Assembly: GCA_011109175.1 (NCBI GenBank)
Contig: RDEW01000039.1
Span: 217,681-281,680 of the forward strand
DNA length: 64,000 bases
Direction: 5' to 3'
Source of the DNA: Dicyema japonicum
Taxonomy: Eukaryota > Animalia > Dicyemida
Shown: one piece after another, positions 40,966 to 53,600 of the stretch
Position numbering within the stretch: the first letter of the stretch is position 1
Layout of the letters: each line of letters opens with the position of its first letter
Notes under the pieces: model-generated
What the model was told of the DNA's origin: nothing
Seen by the model: the letters and a program-made list of their open reading frames with translations, nothing else
The model's database searches: none
Translations under genes and position numbers: made by a program

Positions 40966-42059
40966 TCTGTCATCATTGAAAGTCAAGATTCATATCTGTT
41001 GATATTTTGCCAATAAATACGGGAACACGTTGTGTTATGATTACACGTGGTGACATGATAGGGTAGCCCAGAGCAAACATCTACTTCCGTCAGACAGACG
41101 AAAAGCACAGCGATTCTACTTCCGTCAGACAGACAGACGAAGCTTGGTTGACAAAAGGCGACTTTACTGATCTTCTTTGACAAAGATCTGGAGGAAATCG
41201 TAAGATGCCAAATGACGATGACGACGTTGATAGGCTGCGGAATGAGTAAAAGAATCGCAAGAGTTGAAAGAAGTTAAAGGTCATTTGATTTCTTATGTAA
41301 TAATAATTATAGAACTTGGTTGATACAGTTATACGCTGCAGTGATAACAGAGGTTTCAGGCTCAGGCCTGAAAAATGCAAGATCATCAAAAACTGTTTCA
41401 CCTATTTTGATGTGAGCACACAAGTGGACAATATAATTTTACATAACATGACTGCTTAACAAATCTCGATTGATATCTTTAATGGTTCAGGTCACTTCAT
41501 TTTGATTAACTTATCCTTGACTCCTATAATTCTAAACTACCGGAAAGGACATCTCAGAAGAAATGATCCCAATTTCACACAACCTGTACATTTCTCCATC
41601 AAGGATTGCCTCGATAATTTCATGAAACGCCTCCTACAACTTCCATAGTGATCATAATCTAATCATTTTAAACTTGAGCCGATTCACAAACCCATATAGG
41701 AACAAAGAAACCTTCAAAAACAGACTGACCAAATTTCAAGCTATTCGTCGACATAATTGAATTTGATCCTTGAACTTTTAATTTAATCGACACGGTAGTG
41801 GATTATCTAAACCGTGTAATCCTCCTAGCAGAAAAGCTATTTCTCCTCCGACAGTATATATATATTATTACACTGTGTTCGACTCTGAAACTAGTTTCCT
41901 TATAAAGAAGAGGAACGCTCTGAAAATAAACTAACCTCATACCTTTTCTGACTTAGAAAATATAAATGTTGAATCAGACAACCCTCATCAAAAAAAGTAA
42001 GAAAAATTTTGAAACCTCTATTATCATCAATTATTAAGTCACTTTCACGAAAGCCATAA

Positions 42060-42600
42060 TGTTTATAGCCCCGTATGTGCAACACTCATAGAAACAATAT
42101 TAATAGTTAATCTTTTCCATCTTCCTCTGTCGAAAGCTAGTGATCTCAATTCGTCCAGGTCGTCCCCCGTCTTTAGATTTTTACTCATACGAATTAGGTC
42201 TTTGTTTAAGGCAGTCGGAAGTGTCGATCTAGGTCGTCCGCGGAAGGTTTGTCGCAACTGTCAAAGTAATCTTCCATCGCTTTGTTAGCGGGTGCGTCCG
42301 GGTTCATTCTTAATACATGCCCAAATAGCTTCCACCGGGCATCTATCACATCCTTGCTGATGTACGAACACATACACTTGTTGTAGATACCAGTGGTTGA
42401 TATTCTATCTGGCCACTCCATTTTGAGTAAGCTTCTTTGTTGCCTTCAATGGAACGAATCCTGTTTCGATAGTTCGTTGAAGGAACTTCCTCAAGTCCCA
42501 GCGTTTTATGGGACGAATCCAGTTCCGATAGTATCATCTATTGAACGAATAAAATCTACGAAACTCTTTGGAATACTATCCGTTGAATCAAACTAAACAT
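42060..42600 (-). mobile_element. RTE-clade LINE 3' remnant
   Basis: RWKLFGHVLRMNPDAPANKAM..RGRPRSTLPTAL..DDLDELRSLAFDRGRWK, the same family as 27485-28340. Confidence 0.8.
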
Positions 42601-42689
42601 ATCAAATGAATCAGAATCTCGCCCTGTTCCAAATATTAAGGAAGGTAATAACCCGATAAAGTACTACGCTCTATAAGTACAATGACTTT

Positions 42690-43130
42690 TCGAAGACTCA
42701 CTTTTGTCGCCTATGGAATTTGGTACCTAAACCATGTCCATGGATCAAACTTTTTACGCCGAGGCTGTAAGATCCATGAAGAAGTCATATACGTCTAATC
42801 TAGATGGTATCTCTGGAATTTTGCTAAAGCATCTAGGAGAGATTATAATTAGATCGATTACTTCAATTTTTAATTTGTACTCACACAACGCTATCCCTAG
42901 TAAATAGAACTCACATATCATACCCGTCTTAAAACAAGGAAACTGAAGTCCTCACCTTCATCCGTTATCTGTGCGCTATTGCGCGTCATGGAAAAATAAG
43001 TGTTTAGAATATTAAACCTCATTTACCCTTTCGTCACTATCAACACGGATTCAGATCGGAATGTTCTAAACAACACACTTCTCTAAATTCTCATGAAAGA
43101 GGAACGCTGTGGATTCAAAAAAGCATGAGT
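42690..43130 (+). mobile_element. Degraded LINE RT fragment (jockey/I-like)
   Basis: DGISGILLKHLG, IIPVLKQG, LSVLL and QHGFRS motifs, with frameshifts. Confidence 0.6.
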
Positions 43131-45084
43131 ATTTCATCAAGCTATACCATGTCAAAACAGCAAAAATTATTTTTTTCTATACAACGCCCACTTGTTTAAA
43201 GATATTCTATTAACTTGAAATACTGTTGTCGATCACATTAATGAAATGCCTTTGACTTTAAAAAAATTATAGGCAGAAGTGTTAATACAAGTAAAGATAT
43301 TTTTACGAGAACCCCTAAATGGTGGGGAAAAATTGATGGCTCTTTTCGTTCTTTTCGGATTGGGTGACACCTTTTCGGGTGAGCCGCCACGTTTAAACAT
43401 GTCCAGAGACTACGCTCCATAGACTACGCTCCACGCAGGAACACAGCCACCAGTAAATATATCACTGCAGAACAGGTTCGTCTACATGAGCCGAAGCACT
43501 AAAGAAAAATTAGTTGAGGACTCTTTTTCATCGATTAGTTAGCATTACTTCTATAAATTTTTGATATGGTTCACCTTTACGCGGAGAACATTGAATAACA
43601 GTTTCAATCTGGCAACTAAAAGAATCACAATTATTTCCCCTTAAACCTGTTCAACGACCAGTGGGAATTTAAACTGGATGATGGCGGCTATTGAGCGGGC
43701 GCATAGCATTCGCTCCCAAAAATCAGATTGGCTTCTCAAAATCCTTGCTGGGAACATCGAACAGAACCCAAAATCGTGAATTTCCTCAATGTCATGCAAT
43801 CGACATAATGTCAATGTGATGCATAACAAAAACGTGAATTTCATCAATGTCATGCAATTCAACATAAACGGCCTCGTCTGGGTAAACCTTACTTATCTTT
43901 GATGTGGGAAACACCTCTCTACCTACGTACGATATTCTCTGTCCCATTTGCAACCTCTACGTTTTGAATGTCATGAATTAGAACAACGTTCGTTTACAAT
44001 GCTAGGATTTACTGATCTATGGGAACGACAGGCATTTTCTGTGTCCTATTTAATATATTCAATCCACTTTAAATTCAATTGACTTGGCCATTTTCTTGTC
44101 CTGAGTGAAGAGGGATGTAACAGCTTTCTCATGGCTATTTGTTAGTCGGTTCTCGTCTAACCACAGGAGTAAACTGTACAGGTGATGTTGTATTCTCTCT
44201 GTACATCTTTATCCCGTGATGTTAAAATGATGTCTTTTCCATTTGCTAGAGAAGATTTTTTTTCGGTATAGGAATGTGAAAAGTAGCGGGAGTATAGTTG
44301 TAAACTCTAGGGTGCTCAATCTAGAAATAGGGAAAAACTGATCGAATGTTCCCAAGGTAGACCCTATAACCTTAGGCTGCTAAGAAAGTTAGCTAACTAG
44401 AGTTTAAAATTCCCAGCAATGTCAGTCGAAATATTTTCCAAGAAAGATTCTTAAGAAAACAAGTATTTCCTTCAATAACAAAAAATTATTAACTATGTAG
44501 TTAAAGGGGGTTTCTGAGGTTGTTATATCTGAGTCCTGTCCAAAGCCAGTCCACAATTACAGATCGAAATGGCCATCGAAATAAGAAGATTGACTATCCA
44601 GTCAAAAATCAGTCGTCTTGAAAGGGGTAAACTTCTAGCTGCAAAGACAACACAGCTTAAAAAATTCTATGAAAAACTATAATTTTTTGTTCAATTATTG
44701 GCTTGGTTTTTTAGTTTGACGTCCATTAGATTATTTGTCATATTTTGTAGTGGTATGAACCATTACTCGGGAACTTTCCATTTATTAGAAAATTTGTAGT
44801 ATTGGTATGAAGCATTATTACATATTTTTGGTTGTTCCTCTAATATAGAAAAACATTAATCAAATTTATCGGGATTTCTCCAATATGGATAGTGTTGTCA
44901 AATCTGATATTGAAAATTCCTTCAGTCGTCTTTCTGATAAGATCTTCCAGAGATTTGAGAGAATCAGAGGCCAGAAAGATATAAAATTAATCACAAAATA
45001 AATTATAATTTCATAAAAAAAAAGTCAATAATTAACATAAAGAAATAGTAATGATTGAATTTCTTTTTTTTGTGGACAAGGCGG

Positions 45085-45750
45085 TTTCCTAAAAACTATT
45101 AAAGGAGGCTATTCTACAATCGGCACTCCTCAGGGAGACTCCCTCTCCCCCTTACTATTTGTGATATATCTCGAAGCTGCACTAAAGGATCTAAGAACTT
45201 GCTATGAAGGAAAAATAAACTAAGTCGTATACGCGGATGATGTGGATTTTATATCCGAGGATACAGTAGCTCTCACACATCTGCTGGAAAATGCACCGGA
45301 CAAACTGGGGAATGGTTCCTCATCGTTAACCGGGCCAAAACGGAAATCACGGAAATCAAAAGAATGGAAAACATCCTTAATGAACGTTGGCGACATGTTA
45401 ATAAGCTTGGATCCCTACTGGGGGACACAGAAGACATCATCAAAAGGAAAACACTTGCAGGAGTAGCAATGCGAAAACTCAAAAAGGGATGGCTGAAAGG
45501 ACTAGATGTCAATCTGCGGACACGCATGTACAATGCATTTGTGAAACCGATACTGACATATTCCAAATACTATCGAATTATCTACAATCATACAAAAATT
45601 TTGAGCCGATTCCATGTCTAATGAGAAGAGCTGTTCAGGATTCTCGACCCCGCCGGACATGTCCTCACCTTTGTCGTCTGGGATCACTTAGTTAGATGAG
45701 AACTTTTATTTCTTTCTCTTTGAGCCATTGATCCTGGGGATAATAATAAT
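45085..45750 (+). mobile_element. RTE-clade LINE RT remnant
   Basis: IGTPQGDSLSPLLFVIYLE, YADDVDFI and KLGSLLG..RTRMYNAFVKPILTY, followed by an (ATA)n run at about 45740. Confidence 0.8.
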
Positions 45751-46649
45751 AAGGCGGTTTCTAGTAATTATTATTGGTATTAAAAAGCACTCCCGAGAAA
45801 ACATAAAGTTTCTTCAATCAAATATAAATACAATTTCTTCATAGTTATAAGTAGCATGATGAGATGATAAATCAAAGATTTATGTGATAAAAGTTTGATA
45901 AACCTTGCACTTTCAATTATGAAGAAATATTAATATAAGCAAATATAGAAATTATAGACACAACACAGCACCACAAAAGGTAATTCCCCGTGTATCATAA
46001 ACTTAATTAATAATGGTTAACCATATTAAAATATAAATTTAAACTAATATAATTAAAAAATATATAATTAAATATATTCAGGATTCTGTTCTCGATACGG
46101 GATGACATTGAATTCAATTATCTGTCCAGTTAATGGTAGGTTTTAATTAATAACAGATCCTTTACTGCATGAACATTAGGGATGCTGATGAATGTGAGAT
46201 AATCTGCATATAAGCTAATTAGATCGGTAATCAACTCTAGGAGGATAAATTGTTGTCGTGTAGTCAAATGAAAGTGAAATGAGGACGAATGTGAAGGCAC
46301 TTCATGAATAAATCCATAGAGGAAAGAATAAAATCCAGAACTTATTCTGTCAGGTCTATTTCCTTATCAAGGGCTCTATTCTTGAGGAAGTGACTACCAA
46401 TTGTTCGACAATGCCAAAGCCACTTAAAGTATGTGACTGGTCATCTAGAACAACGAATTTTGCAGGAATAGCAAATGAAAGATTTCAATTGGATTTGATC
46501 GATTGTTAGAATATTCAATTTTCATTATGTTAATAATCGTGCCCAGGTAGTAATGTTTGTATAATTTAGATTTGCTGTGAAATTGGAGAAAAAGATAATT
46601 TCTAATATATCGGACCAAAAAATTAAGGAATATTAACATTACATTAAAA

Positions 46650-47690
46650 ATTATGATAACGAATGGGAACGATTCCATGATGAGTATCTTGCTCGTAGTC
46701 AATTGGATAACTTCATAAGTTCACTTCAATCTATGTCACATACAAGCTTTGAGGGCAACCGACGAAAAGCCAAGCTAACAGCAATAGGGCGTATTCTTCC
46801 TATCTTCATGTGGAATGCGATTAACTTGCTCAGAACATAACGTGTCGAATTGTATCTGGTAGTGTCCCTGATAGCATCCTGTTCATTAGTTTGGTGATAG
46901 TCAACACGAGCCGGACCACAGAGTTGCCCGTGTGAGGTCTTTTAGGTGCCCCGGCGAGCCCATCTAGTCCTTCACTGCTGCTTGGGACGAAAGAGAGAAT
47001 CCCATCTTTTACGTCCTTTCAGAAACAAGTAGATTGGGTAATTGTCCTGGGCTAAGCGGAATCCGTTGGTCGTTGAAGGACTTGAGTGTCGCGCAACAAA
47101 TGCTGCGTAGGACTGTTCAGAGGGCTCAATTATATGGTGTTGATCTGCAAGGATCCTCACGGCAGCACGGATTCCACCATTCGGAAGTTTTCGACGGATC
47201 TATGAGTGTCCGAAATAGTCGGTGTTGGCTTCTCGTGTTTTTGGGATTTATAGTTGAGCTTTTCGGAGTCTGCCAGGAAGTTCCTTGAGGAGAATGATTG
47301 GAGATTCTCCTTTACTATTGACGTAAGTAATTTCTCTTCTTTCCCCCTCTTATGGGGAATCATAGAGTGAATGAGGCGAAGAAAAATAATCGTACCCAAT
47401 CCTCAGAGTCGTCCGGAGAGATTGCCCTTTCAATTCACTCACATAGATAGTACGCGACGAATATATGAGGAGCTTTGAGGATCCTAATCAGGAGTCTTCG
47501 TTTGTGTCAGGTTTGAGACCAATTCAAGCATTTCATGATGATCCAGTGGAACATGTTCATAAGGGCAGCGTAGGCCGAGTATGTCATTTTATCTGGTAGG
47601 AGACATGACTGACAGTGCCAATCGGAAATGACACCCAGAGCTATTTTAATCATTCCGGCACAATACATGTGGAAGCCACACGAACAGGCC
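46650..47690 (-). mobile_element. CRE-clade retrotransposon N-terminal and RT-start fragment
   Basis: The minus strand gives SEDWVRLFFF, GGIRAAVRILAD..YAAFVARHSSP and KLIAFHMKIGRIRPIAVSLAFRRLPSK (CRE-type RPIAVG..LRRL.SK). Confidence 0.7.
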
Positions 47691-48069
47691 TGTACAATGG
47701 ATCATTTACTTTCTTTTGTTCATTGTGTTGTATTTTTTGCAGATCTCATCTTATTTGCACTTTGCTGCATCTTCTTTAATGATTTTTCTTTCTATTCTCT
47801 TTTTTAAATTTTAAAGTCATAATCAATAATTAACATGATTCAGTCATATCAAAGAACAACAAATCAATATATAATAAATCGATAATGCATGCTCTGCAAT
47901 TCAAAGGCGAATTCATAATTTAGATTAATTGACTGTTTTGTTCCCTATGCAATATAATAGTCGATTTATCAAAGAAATTTTAAAGTGTTTCAACAAAGGA
48001 TAGACCTAGAACAGCGCTTCCAACGGACTACCCAGGGATTTTTAATTAAAATCAATAAATTTATATTTA

Positions 48070-48400
48070 TAAAAAATTATTGGGTATCTTGCTCGATCGA
48101 GGAGATGGAGAGAGACCTGACGGATGACCCTTTTCCCTTTACGTCTGGAAGATCTTTGGTCTGGGACGCAACTTGAGACGTTTTCAAGCACGAATATTTT
48201 CAAATCGGTTCAGACACCTGGAGAAGCTGCTTCGACCATGGAAAACCTAAAAATCAAAAAATATTCTTGCCTCGGAGACCGGTACCGATTTACTCCTGTT
48301 GCGGTCGAGTCATCGGCAGCCGTTAATCCAATGACGGCTGAGTTCTTGCGCGAACTTAGAGGAATACTTGCCAGAAAGAAATGGGATCAACGAGGGCTGA
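48070..48400 (+). mobile_element. CRE-clade RLE domain fragment
   Basis: PFTSGRSLVWDAT...GEAASTMENLKIKKYSCLGDRYRFTPVAVES. Confidence 0.8.
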
Positions 48401-48415
48401 AACAAAAGATTGGAA

Positions 48416-48894
48416 TGCTAGTCAAACACAATAAACCGGACACGATAGGCCAAATCCTTATCATAGAGGTTGGCATTACGTCTCAAGACCGTTTGCAGAC
48501 TGTGGAGAAAAAAGGTAGTATGATTTGCTTGCGAAAGAGATGGGGCAGATGCTTGGTTACAAAGTCCTCGTTATTCCAATAGTAATGACTGGGAAGAAAT
48601 TGCAACAAAGTATCACAAGGGTTATGTGAAGCAGTTGGGGGGTAGATAGGAAGCTCCAGCCTATCTACAGTCCTCTGTATTAAAGCGGACCCTAGAGAGC
48701 CTGACACTGGAGTATAGGAGGCAGAGCCAGAAGATGCCATATGGGGAGAGGGTTCAATTGGACAAGGCGCTCTCGGAGTTGTTTCAGCAACCAGATTTGA
48801 ACCTGCCTGAGGGGGCTGGCGAACAGGTAGGCGAGGAAGGTTGTTGATTATTAAATATTAACTTTTTTTTTGTTGGTTAAATAAGGTGGGGTTT
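48416..48894 (+). mobile_element. 5'-truncated copy of the 22.9-26.4 kb R4-like element (RLE end and 3' UTR)
   Basis: Close nucleotide match to about 25897-26400 (tgctagtcaa(a/g)cacaataaaccggac ... gaaggttgttgatta ... gtgggg(t)gttt), with small internal deletions. Confidence 0.9.
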
Positions 48895-49771
48895 AAGTTG
48901 TAAAATTTTCACACTTCCAATTTTTTCAAAGAATAATACATCAGAAATCAAAGTGTCCATTAAACCAATTTTTATAATCAGGAAAGACAATCACACGTGG
49001 ATAACAAAACCAAAAGTTAGATCGGACGATACAAAAAATCTGCGGAAAATGTGGCAATAAACGACATACGGATATTTAACCTTGGTGATCGAGTACTACT
49101 AGGGTACATATATACAACAACAAGACACGTAGACATGCATTAAATGTACATTTAATCAAACAACAAGCAAATAATGACAATGAGAGATAATATCAACTGA
49201 ATGCCTCCCTGCATATTTTGTTGAATAAAATGATAAGAATGTCTGAGATGAAGAAAGAAAGTAACAATCCACAGAAATGTACTTTTGTAATAGAAGGATG
49301 GGAATAATCGAACAGTAGCCCAATTAGAGAGAGTGCGGCTGTGATGGATCTACAATTTCTTTATTAAGAAGATTACGTCCCTCCATGATCATATATACCA
49401 AGAAATAGAAAAGGTGATAAAATAGAAATCGACTCCTGAATCATGGTTTTTCACTAGTGTCACTCAACTTATTCCAAAAAAAAAAGTTTGTGACTCTCCG
49501 AAGAAGTCTTCTAATCAAAAATAATTAATGACTGCAAAAATGAATAAAATACGAAATTTACTTTCATATAATTTCTTCATAATTAAAAGTAGCATTATGA
49601 AATGATAAATCAAAGATTCATTTAATAAATGTTTGATGAATCGTACACTTTCAATAATAAAGAAATAAAACGAATATATAGAAATACAAATGATACAACA
49701 CAGCCCCACAAGAAATGTATTTATAGCGTGCGTTATAATTTTTATTAATAATGGTTAACCACGTTAAAATA

Positions 49772-51010
49772 TATTATTATTATTATTATTGAACGAAAAA
49801 ACCACCGTCATATCCAAAATAAACGAAATTCAGGTGATCCCCACCTCCCTCAACAGTCTCCGCATCTTTTCTCGGTGTTCGACTGCGTTCCGGCGCATTT
49901 CCAATATGGACGGAGTCCCATATTCGAGTCCTTCGCAGGGCACTGTTCCAGTCGTCTCTATTGTATTTTTAGGCTTCTAGGCAGGATTTCCACTCGGGAA
50001 TATTTCTTTATGAGGTTTGCTGCCTTCAGTTGAATGTTGCATATCTTGTCCAAATTCGTTGCAGTAAGGTTAGATCCCCAGATATTACATGCGTATCCTA
50101 TTGTAGCCTCGATGAACAGTTTGTGTATGACATCCAGTCCACTCAAATCTTTTTTGTCTTTTGGGTTCCCCAAGAACGCCTTCAGGAAGTTGATTTTCTT
50201 CTTACAAGTCAATAACATATTTTCGACGTGTTTTGTAAATGTTAAAGTGTCAAAGTTAACTCCTAGGATTTTCTGGTATTTGTTTTGCAAGATAATCTTC
50301 CCATCCTGTGTGACGTCAATTGATACTTTCCTTAGTCTTCTGTTTGTCGTGAATAGGGTCAACACCGACTTCTGGCTAGCAGTCAATTGATTTCCCAAAG
50401 CCATAAACTTAATTTATTCAGATTGTCTAGTATTCTTTCGTTGCTTCTACAATTCTCATATCCCTCGAGGCAATGACTATATCATCAGTATGCGTTAATA
50501 ATATGTCATCGTCCCACTTAGGGAGTGGCAAATTATCCATCATAACGTTGAACAATAGTGGAGAAAATTCGGAGCCCTGACGAACGCCATTTGCTAATAG
50601 TCTCAATACGGAACATCGATTGCCATAGTGTACTTGTCCTCGTCGACCACTCAAGAAATTTCCCAACCATAATTTCAGGTTTGCGTCAATGTTCGACGAA
50701 TATTTTTTGTGCGTGATAATCATCCTCGAAACCGAGTCAAAAGCCTTCTGGATATCAATTGAGCATACAATCGTCTTTTTCTGTCCTGGTCTTTTGTTAA
50801 GGCCATCTGTTATGAACTTCTTTAATGTATTTAGGTGTGTGATAGTTGATCGTCCCTCTTTAAAACCATGCTTAAATCGGGCATCCGGGAGGGAATGTCG
50901 TGTGAGTGTCATAACCATCCTTTCTAGGATTCTTGTCTGGACGCACAAGAGCGACAAAGGCCTGTACAAGTAGGGTCCTCCCTTGGATTCTCAGGTATCC
51001 CGATCTAGTT
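49772..51010 (-). mobile_element. jockey/I-group LINE 3' half with (AAT)n tail
   Basis: YRPLSLL, HGFKEGRST, DIQKAFDSV, GVRQGS.FSPLLFN, HTDDI, KILGVNFD and YACNIW. The ORF ends EHREKMRRLLREVGIT*, with an (AAT)n tail at 49772-49790. Confidence 0.85.
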
Positions 51011-52779
51011 TTTTTTTACAGAAACTCGTTGAAATACTTTTGGGAGACCGTAGATTCATTAACGTACCATGTAAGGAAAATGCTATCATTATGAGGTTTT
51101 GGGAATTCTATATACTTTACTACTCTCGAACTATCTACAGTATACCCCTTTGATTTATCTCCCACATAGATTTCCTACATTATTAAACCAAATCACCATG
51201 ATATTAACTAAATATTGGATAAGGCATCATTTTTGACCAAATTGTTTAGTATTGTGTTTCTCTCTGGAACCAAACATTTTCTGTATGCTCGTTTGGGCGA
51301 TTTTTCTAGTTAGAGAATGTGGCACCCGATTTCCTCATGAGGTCCTCGAACTGGGTTGCCTTTGTCATATCCCGGATCTTGGAGACTGTGTAAAATTAAT
51401 CTTCTCAATGTTCGATCTGGATAGGTTTGTTAACCAAACGGCACAATCATGACTGTTGGTTGACTCGTAAATTGTTTATAAAAAGACTTAACATTGAATT
51501 GAACGGTCTTTTGAATTTGGAAGGTAACAAAGTTCAATTTTCGTGTAGACGCATAGATTACATTCAATACACGTTTTCTGAGGATATCAGTTCGTCGGTG
51601 GTTGCTCCAAAATCTTGACTAAGTACTAGTATTTGCAGGCCATAAGAAATATAAAAAAATAGTTAGCTTTCTCCAAGCTCTTCTGTTCTTAGCCAGATCC
51701 CTCAGTGTGTCCAGGTCGTCACCAGGTTTATATTTTAAAACAAATTATTTCATTTATTTACTTCCCTGTAAATCATAATTTATTACAATAAGAGCTTTCT
51801 CATTTCTTGACGACTAGAAGACGTATCACCTCTTCTCTTGTCCGGGTCCACCTCCTAGTTCTGCACATAACCAAATATATCTGCTGGATCTCTGGGAGCT
51901 TCCACTCTTGGCTGCTACGTTTTTGTTAGCTACCAGTTTCTTTCACTCAAATGGAGCGGGGGTAAATAAATCAAGAGCTGTTTCATATAAAGTAGACTTA
52001 TATTTCATCCCCTATTCTTTTTTAATAGAGTCTTGTCATGTAATCCAGTGGCAGGGTGGATGTAAAAGACCCCCACTCTACTAAGGGTTCCAACGGCTGC
52101 ACTAAATGGACACTTTATGCTAGTTTTAATGGACTTTGTGACATTGGAAGAACTCAGTCTCTGCAACTATGGTACTTAATTTGTTGTCAACTGTTAACTT
52201 GTTTCTCTGTATTAGCATTGATGGTGAGTCATCCATCTTGGAAAATAAATTTTTTATCGAGAGATGAATAACTAACAGTTTCGACCCTGACCTTGCAAAA
52301 TAGTAGAATTTATAAAATTGAAGTCAGTTTCGAGACTGCACGTAAATGATTTCTAACAGCATGATGCCAAGCACATCCACCATGTTGAGATCATGACACA
52401 CCACGTGTCGTATTGAACACAAAGATTATTCCAAATGATTACTCAGATTTATTTAAGATAGGAAAACACGTGGTAGAGTTCCTGAATATAGTCCACAACG
52501 TCTGTCTGAATGTCCTTATAGGAAAACTCTATTTGCGTAGTCAGATATAACTTACTACCTTCTTCAATAAAAACACCTCCTCAGGCATTCACTATATCCT
52601 GCAGATAATTTTAAGGTTCTGGAAAAGCTATTGCCCGAGTCTCCTTTCAGAGAATTCCTTCTGGATGAACCGTAGTGTGGTGAAACTGGGAACTACCGAG
52701 TTTTCAACTCATATTGCTTTAAAAAAACATTTGTCTGCCACGAAGCGTTACAGAGGAATCAGTATTATGACTCGTAAGT

Positions 52780-53600
52780 ATTCAAGTAGCTTTAACTCTT
52801 CTCTGCGCTCTCAGACCCTGTGCTGCAACATACGAGTCAATGATGGCATCTCTTTTTAAGAGGTTTTCCATCCTTTTTTCTGCTGCATCTCTTATCGACA
52901 TTACTAGCAAATTTTCATCTTCATCTCTTCTCGTCGAGCCTTTTGTGTAGGGCAATCTTGATCCTTGCTCTCCTCGATTTTTCACGAAGCAAGATAAAAA
53001 ACTCTTTGTATGCAGTGTAATACCATCCTTCAGTCTATAAAAGAGTGGTGGAATGATTGTACGTGAAAAAATAAATAAAAACATATCTGTTTCGAGTCTC
53101 AATTTCCTCATACACAATATCGCATGGTGGGCTTTTTTTGAGTTTAAAATAGCACAATGTGCTCCCAGATTTCTCAAAAGCCGTTCCGAGATACTTCAGG
53201 GAGCTCACAATGCTGATTCCGCATACGGAGTCTTTCTGATTTCCTTTACCATTCCGACCGAAGAACCTCATTGCACTAGATTTTCCTTCTGATAGTTTTA
53301 ACCCATGAAGACCACGCCAGTCTATTATCTCTTCCATGTACACATTGAGTCTCCTATCTGAGATCATGCTCGATCTCGACACATCAGACAGTAGCACGTC
53401 GTCTGCGTATCTCAGAGATCTCGTACTTGGTGTAGACGGAGACGGGAAACCGGCCATTAAAACATTAAACAATAAAGGACTCAAAATTGATCCTTGTGGG
53501 ACTCCTTTTTTCAATAATAAGTGGTTGTTTGAACTCGTCTTCCACACTCTCTCGATGCAACGTAAATGTATGGTTAGAGTATTATACATCAATAGTGACA
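52780..53600 (-). mobile_element. jockey/I-group LINE RT remnant
   Basis: KGVPQGSILSPLLFNVLM..YADDVLL..KYLG. Confidence 0.85.
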
